This document shows positions 29,969-32,945 of a DNA stretch of 32,945 nucleotides, piece by piece. A model generated the notes under the pieces. The model saw nothing but the letters and a program-made list of their open reading frames with translations. It did not search any database and had not been told where the DNA came from. Position numbers and translations under genes: made by a program. The stretch's first letter is position 1. Every line of letters starts with the position of its first letter. This DNA is from a virus: the IMG/VR virus record IMGVR_UViG_3300045988_123769, positions 1-32,945 of that record, one strand, 5' to 3'.

Positions 29969-30375
29969 TTTTTAGCCGCCTCCGCCACGGTGGCGACGGC
30001 TCCGCCAGTCAGACCCGTCAAGTCGTTATTCGGCGCACAAGGCGGGTTGCCAAGCAGCTTAAACGTCCCGCCCGTGGGGGTGGTGGCCACCACGGTGCTG
30101 TACTTGGTGCGCTTGCGCATGCTGCACGCTGTCACTTGTGCGCAGCAGCGGTTTGTCAGGGGATACTGCGCCGTGCCTGTGCCGATGGTGATATATACGG
30201 GCGCGGATATGGTGGTGGTATCGGGTATGCTCTGCGCCACGACGATGCAATATTTCTCGCCGTTGGCGTACACTCCTGCGGGCAGATTGATAATAAGCCC
30301 AGTACCCGCCACAAATGTCACGGACTGGGATATAATCAGGTGGGGGCAAAGCTGGCATATATTTTTACAAGCCAT
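29965..30375 (-). CDS. Cys-rich orphan protein (136 aa)
   Basis: N-terminal ACKNICQLCPH and an internal NRCCAQVTAC. AAAGGAGA SD. Confidence 0.6.
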   Translation of the reverse strand: MACKNICQLCPHLIISQSVTFVAGTGLIINLPAGVYANGEKYCIVVAQSIPDTTTISAPVYITIGTGTAQYPLTNRCCAQVTACSMRKRTKYSTVVATTPTGGTFKLLGNPPCAPNNDLTGLTGGAVATVAEAAKK

Positions 30376-30451
30376 AATTTTCTCCTTTCATAATCAAGGG
30401 GCGGTCAAGCCGCCCCGATAGTCACGGCAATGCCGGATGGTGTGTCATGTC

Positions 30452-31078
30452 TTAGCAGCAGCTATTGCCGCAGCCGCAGCCGGAGCCGCAAAACGGGCTA
30501 TTCCCGGCGTTATAGGTGTAGCCGTTGGGGTAGCGTACCACGCCCGTCAGCTGCTCACGCACAAAGAGTTGGTTATTAGCCTGCTCAAGCTGGGCTATGC
30601 GCTGCTCAAGCTGCGCCTTTTCAAGGGCCGCGAATTTTGCGTCGATATTGGCGTTGATGGCATCCATGCCGCGCTGCACGGCGCAGCAGCACTCCGCCAT
30701 CTGGGACTGTATGCCGTTCGCGGACTGCATAACGGTCATATTCGTGGTATTCTGCGCGAGGGCCATTTCCTTCCCCAGCTGGCCGATATTGCCCTGCATA
30801 TCGTAGCCAAGGCTGCATATGCCGTTGCCAATGTTGGTCAAGCGGTCATTAAGCTGGCCAAAATGCTGACCGAAAAGGATTTCCTGCTGCGTCGCTGCGG
30901 TCGCGTACTGGCCGTAGTCACCGTTGCCACGGTTGCCCCAGCCGCCAAAGCCTCCGCCCATCATAGCCAAAAGCACGATAAGAGCAAATATCCAGAATCC
31001 TCCGCCCATGCTACCGCCAAGGCCGTCATTTTTGTCTGTCACGGCGGCGATATCCGCCAAAGAGGGTACATTATCCAT
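30452..31078 (-). CDS. Gly-rich TM / coiled-coil / Cys-tail orphan protein (208 aa)
   Basis: GGSMGGGFWIFALIVLLAMMGGGFGGWG segment, a central ECCCAVQ, a heptad-like AQLEQRIAQLEQANNQL, and the C-terminus FCGSGCGCGNSCC. GAAGGAGA SD. Confidence 0.65.
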   Translation of the reverse strand: MDNVPSLADIAAVTDKNDGLGGSMGGGFWIFALIVLLAMMGGGFGGWGNRGNGDYGQYATAATQQEILFGQHFGQLNDRLTNIGNGICSLGYDMQGNIGQLGKEMALAQNTTNMTVMQSANGIQSQMAECCCAVQRGMDAINANIDAKFAALEKAQLEQRIAQLEQANNQLFVREQLTGVVRYPNGYTYNAGNSPFCGSGCGCGNSCC

Positions 31079-31129
31079 TGTCTTTTCTCCTTCACAATTT
31101 TATTTTTTGGTATATAAATCGCGCGTGAT

Positions 31130-31345
31130 TTATCGTATCTGTGATAAGATGCTTTCAGGGTCTATGCCGCGCTGCTGGCACAGGCTGTAAAACATCTGCT
31201 GGGGGTCACGCCCGCCGAGCATCCGCATTACCTGCTGCATTTGCGCGGGCATCCCCATCATGCTTTTGGCCTGTGCGATTAGCTGCGGGGATATTTGCGG
31301 GGTCTGCTGGCTTCCAGCTTTCATTGCTTGCAATATGGGATTCAT
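31130..31345 (-). CDS. Gln/Met-rich small orphan protein (71 aa)
   Basis: A strong GGAGGA SD lies 8 nt upstream. The sequence looks helical. Confidence 0.6.
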   Translation of the reverse strand: MNPILQAMKAGSQQTPQISPQLIAQAKSMMGMPAQMQQVMRMLGGRDPQQMFYSLCQQRGIDPESILSQIR

Positions 31346-31634
31346 TTAATTTATCCTCCAATTTTGATATTCGTGCCGCGAGGTCGTTAATGTCCACAGG
31401 CGGCGCAGGCTGATACGGCGTGATGGTGTACGGGGTTAATGTAGGATACCCCGCGCTGTCGGTACACTTGTGCCAGACTATGGGCGCGGTGGTGTCCAGC
31501 AGCAGGATGCTGCTATTGGGCGCAAGGCTGTACGCCTTCGCCCCGCCCTCGCCATTGACTTGGGCAATTTCGGTGCGCTGCTGGTACTGCTGGGGCTGCT
31601 GATAGCCGCCAAAAAAGGGGTTAGGATTCCACAT
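31206..31634 (-). CDS. Gln/Pro-rich orphan protein (142 aa as an open frame; the last ~45 aa overlap the next gene)
   Basis: AAGGAGG SD. N-terminus MWNPNPFFGGYQQPQQYQQ. The frame stays open 140 nt into ORF 31130-31345. Confidence 0.55.
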   Translation of the reverse strand: MWNPNPFFGGYQQPQQYQQRTEIAQVNGEGGAKAYSLAPNSSILLLDTTAPIVWHKCTDSAGYPTLTPYTITPYQPAPPVDINDLAARISKLEDKLNESHIASNESWKPADPANIPAANRTGQKHDGDARANAAGNADARRA

Positions 31635-31674
31635 TTTTTTCGCCTCCTTATGCCTTATTTTCGCAAAAATTAAG

Positions 31675-31705
31675 CCCCGCGCTCAGGGCGCGGGGAGGGA
31701 ATTTA
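31675..31705 (-). terminator. Minus-strand intrinsic terminator just upstream of the cargo operon
   Basis: On the minus strand, CCCCGCGC-cctga-GCGCGGGG is followed by CTTAATTTTTG. Confidence 0.6.
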
Positions 31706-31744
31706 TAGGGCATTTAATGAGCAAAAATATTTTTTCAAAAAAAG

Positions 31745-31833
31745 TATGCAAAACCGCTTGACAACTATACCGGAATAGTATATAATAAAGCCATGATAAA
31801 GCAAGGGGCCGAAGCCCCGAAGGGAGTTAAAAA
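31745..31833 (+). promoter_or_regulatory. Early/moron promoter-leader cassette, copy 2
   Basis: TTGACA (31758-31763), 17 nt, TATAAT (31781-31786), then a GGGGCC-ga-AGCCCC hairpin and a GAAGGGAG SD. Confidence 0.8.
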
Positions 31834-32565
31834 ATGTTGAACGAGAAAATGATAATGAAGCTTGAGGACGCGGGTTTTAAGCGCTGGACTAAGGGCGATT
31901 ACGACAGGCTTTACATTGACGCTACTGCCTGCGGCCTTGAATGCGACACTTACAAGTCTGGTAATATTTCCTCCGCCACTTTTAACGGCGAGAGCATCTC
32001 CAACGCCCGCGCGGGCCGCATGAAGGCCATGAAAATGTATGTTGATATAGCGACCGGCGAATTTCACGCCGAGCATGCTTACGGTGCTAAGGGCGACACC
32101 GAAATAGCCGCAGCCGCCGAAGCCATCTATACCGCAATCGTCGAGGCCGCAGAGGCCGAAGAAGCTGAGCAAAAGGTTGAAGAAGCCGAGGAAATGACCG
32201 AAGAAGAAAGGCATAGCGCCTTGTATACCATAAAGGAAGGCACGGAGATGTACGAAGACTATGCCAAGCTGGGCGCGCAGTACCTCAAGGGCGCAATTAA
32301 GCACGGCTATGAGATAAATCCCGTCGAATACCATCCTTTTACCGCCGAGCAAAAAGATAATTTTGCCTACTTGCAAGCAAGCTATCGCAAAATCGGTCTT
32401 GCCGAGCTGGTTGAGATGCTAAAAGACCCCTTCTATGCGCCCCGCGAGGACGAGATATTGGAAGCCATATGCCAGGCCCTCGGCCTTATGGATAGGTGGG
32501 AAGATAAAGATTTTTGCTGTGAGGATATCATAGAGACCGCCGAAGCAAAGCTGAATAGCAAGTAA
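31834..32565 (+). CDS. Acidic 243-aa protein: novel N-terminal domain, poly-E/A linker, C-terminal domain paralogous to ORF 420-704
   Basis: It sits behind cassette copy 2. The linker reads EAAEAEEAEQKVEEAEEMTEEE. The C-terminal IKEGTEMYEDYA...ILEAICQALG...DKDFCCEDIIETAEAK parallels ORF 420-704. Confidence 0.75.
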   Translation: MLNEKMIMKLEDAGFKRWTKGDYDRLYIDATACGLECDTYKSGNISSATFNGESISNARAGRMKAMKMYVDIATGEFHAEHAYGAKGDTEIAAAAEAIYTAIVEAAEAEEAEQKVEEAEEMTEEERHSALYTIKEGTEMYEDYAKLGAQYLKGAIKHGYEINPVEYHPFTAEQKDNFAYLQASYRKIGLAELVEMLKDPFYAPREDEILEAICQALGLMDRWEDKDFCCEDIIETAEAKLNSK

Positions 32566-32635
32566 AAAGAAGCGCTTCTATCATTATAGTACCACCGGGC
32601 GTGCAAAAGTCAACGGAAAAATATTTTTTCAAAAG

Positions 32636-32723
32636 AAAGCAAAACCCCTTGACAACTATACCGGAATAGTATATAATAAAGGCACAATAAAGCAAGGGGC
32701 TAAAGCCCCGAAGGGAGTTAAAG
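32636..32723 (+). promoter_or_regulatory. Early/moron promoter-leader cassette, copy 3
   Basis: TTGACA (32649-32654), 17 nt, TATAAT (32672-32677), followed by the same hairpin and SD. Confidence 0.8.
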
Positions 32724-32906
32724 ATGGAAAACATAGTAAATGTAAACGGCAACGAAGTAAGCATGGACGCAGCGGTTATGCTGATGGATGACGAGATCCG
32801 CGAAGCGATACACTCTGACATCGCGCCCTGCACGGAGCAGGAATTTGTGGACGAGTACTGCAAGCGCCACTTTGAAAAGTACGGCGAAGATTTTATCGTA
32901 ATGTGA
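32724..32906 (+). CDS. Acidic 60-aa protein sharing the YGEDFI motif with ORF 420-704
   Basis: It sits behind cassette copy 3. 15 D/E against 4 K/R. GGCGAAGATTTTATC is identical at nucleotide level to 468-482. Confidence 0.75.
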   Translation: MENIVNVNGNEVSMDAAVMLMDDEIREAIHSDIAPCTEQEFVDEYCKRHFEKYGEDFIVM

Positions 32907-32945
32907 GACAGGGCAAACGGGCGGGCAATGCCCGCCCACCCAGAG
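32827..32945. repeat. Terminal direct repeat, copy 2 (identical to 1-119)
   Basis: Exact match. Confidence 0.95.

Larger units (their letters stand above)
1..32945. mobile_element. Complete temperate tailed-phage (prophage-type) genome, circularly closed within the window
   Basis: There is a full HK97-type head, tail and lysis late operon, a divergent cI/cro-like switch and a tyrosine integrase. Bases 1-119 are identical to 32827-32945. Confidence 0.85.

Overview
This window is a complete, circularly closed genome of about 32.8 kb: bases 1-119 are identical to 32827-32945. It is a temperate tailed phage or prophage with HK97-type head genes and a long non-contractile-tail gene set. The host looks Gram-positive and Clostridia-like, because the lysis cassette has an NlpC/P60 endolysin and a holin, and there is an LPXTG sortase substrate.

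Gene layout:
- Minus strand, about 26.9 kb down to 0.77 kb: a cro-like gene, then small early genes, a replication-organiser-like gene, a VRR-NUC nuclease, a pentapeptide-repeat protein, a half-size beta-clamp-like protein and a Dam-like methyltransferase.
- The same strand continues with a 4xHTH protein, a sigma-r4-like late activator, HNH, TerS, TerL, portal, protease, capsid and connectors.
- It ends with the major tail protein, a G/GT chaperone pair (a -1 frameshift on a run of nine A is visible), tape measure, an FN3-decorated Dit, a Tal-like protein, fibres, the LPXTG protein, the endolysin and the holin.
- Plus strand, 27.1-29.5 kb: a cI-like repressor, a membrane-anchored HTH protein, and a tyrosine integrase with attP-like arm repeats.

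The accessory DNA between attP and the lysis cassette holds the two most unusual loci:
1. A five-gene orphan operon (29660-31634) of Cys/Gly/Gln-rich proteins that I cannot assign to any family.
2. A wrap-around plus-strand block (31834 to 704). It carries paralogous, highly acidic small proteins plus an RHH protein. Three near-identical cassettes drive it, each with a consensus promoter, a palindromic operator and a leader hairpin.

The early region also shows clear recombination scars: a 166-bp duplication, a 15-bp duplication around the methyltransferase gene, and SD-containing PPKE junctions. Two slippage-prone homopolymers sit inside genes, A10 in the Dit gene and G8 in the methyltransferase gene.

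All functional calls come from reading motifs by eye. No database search was run.
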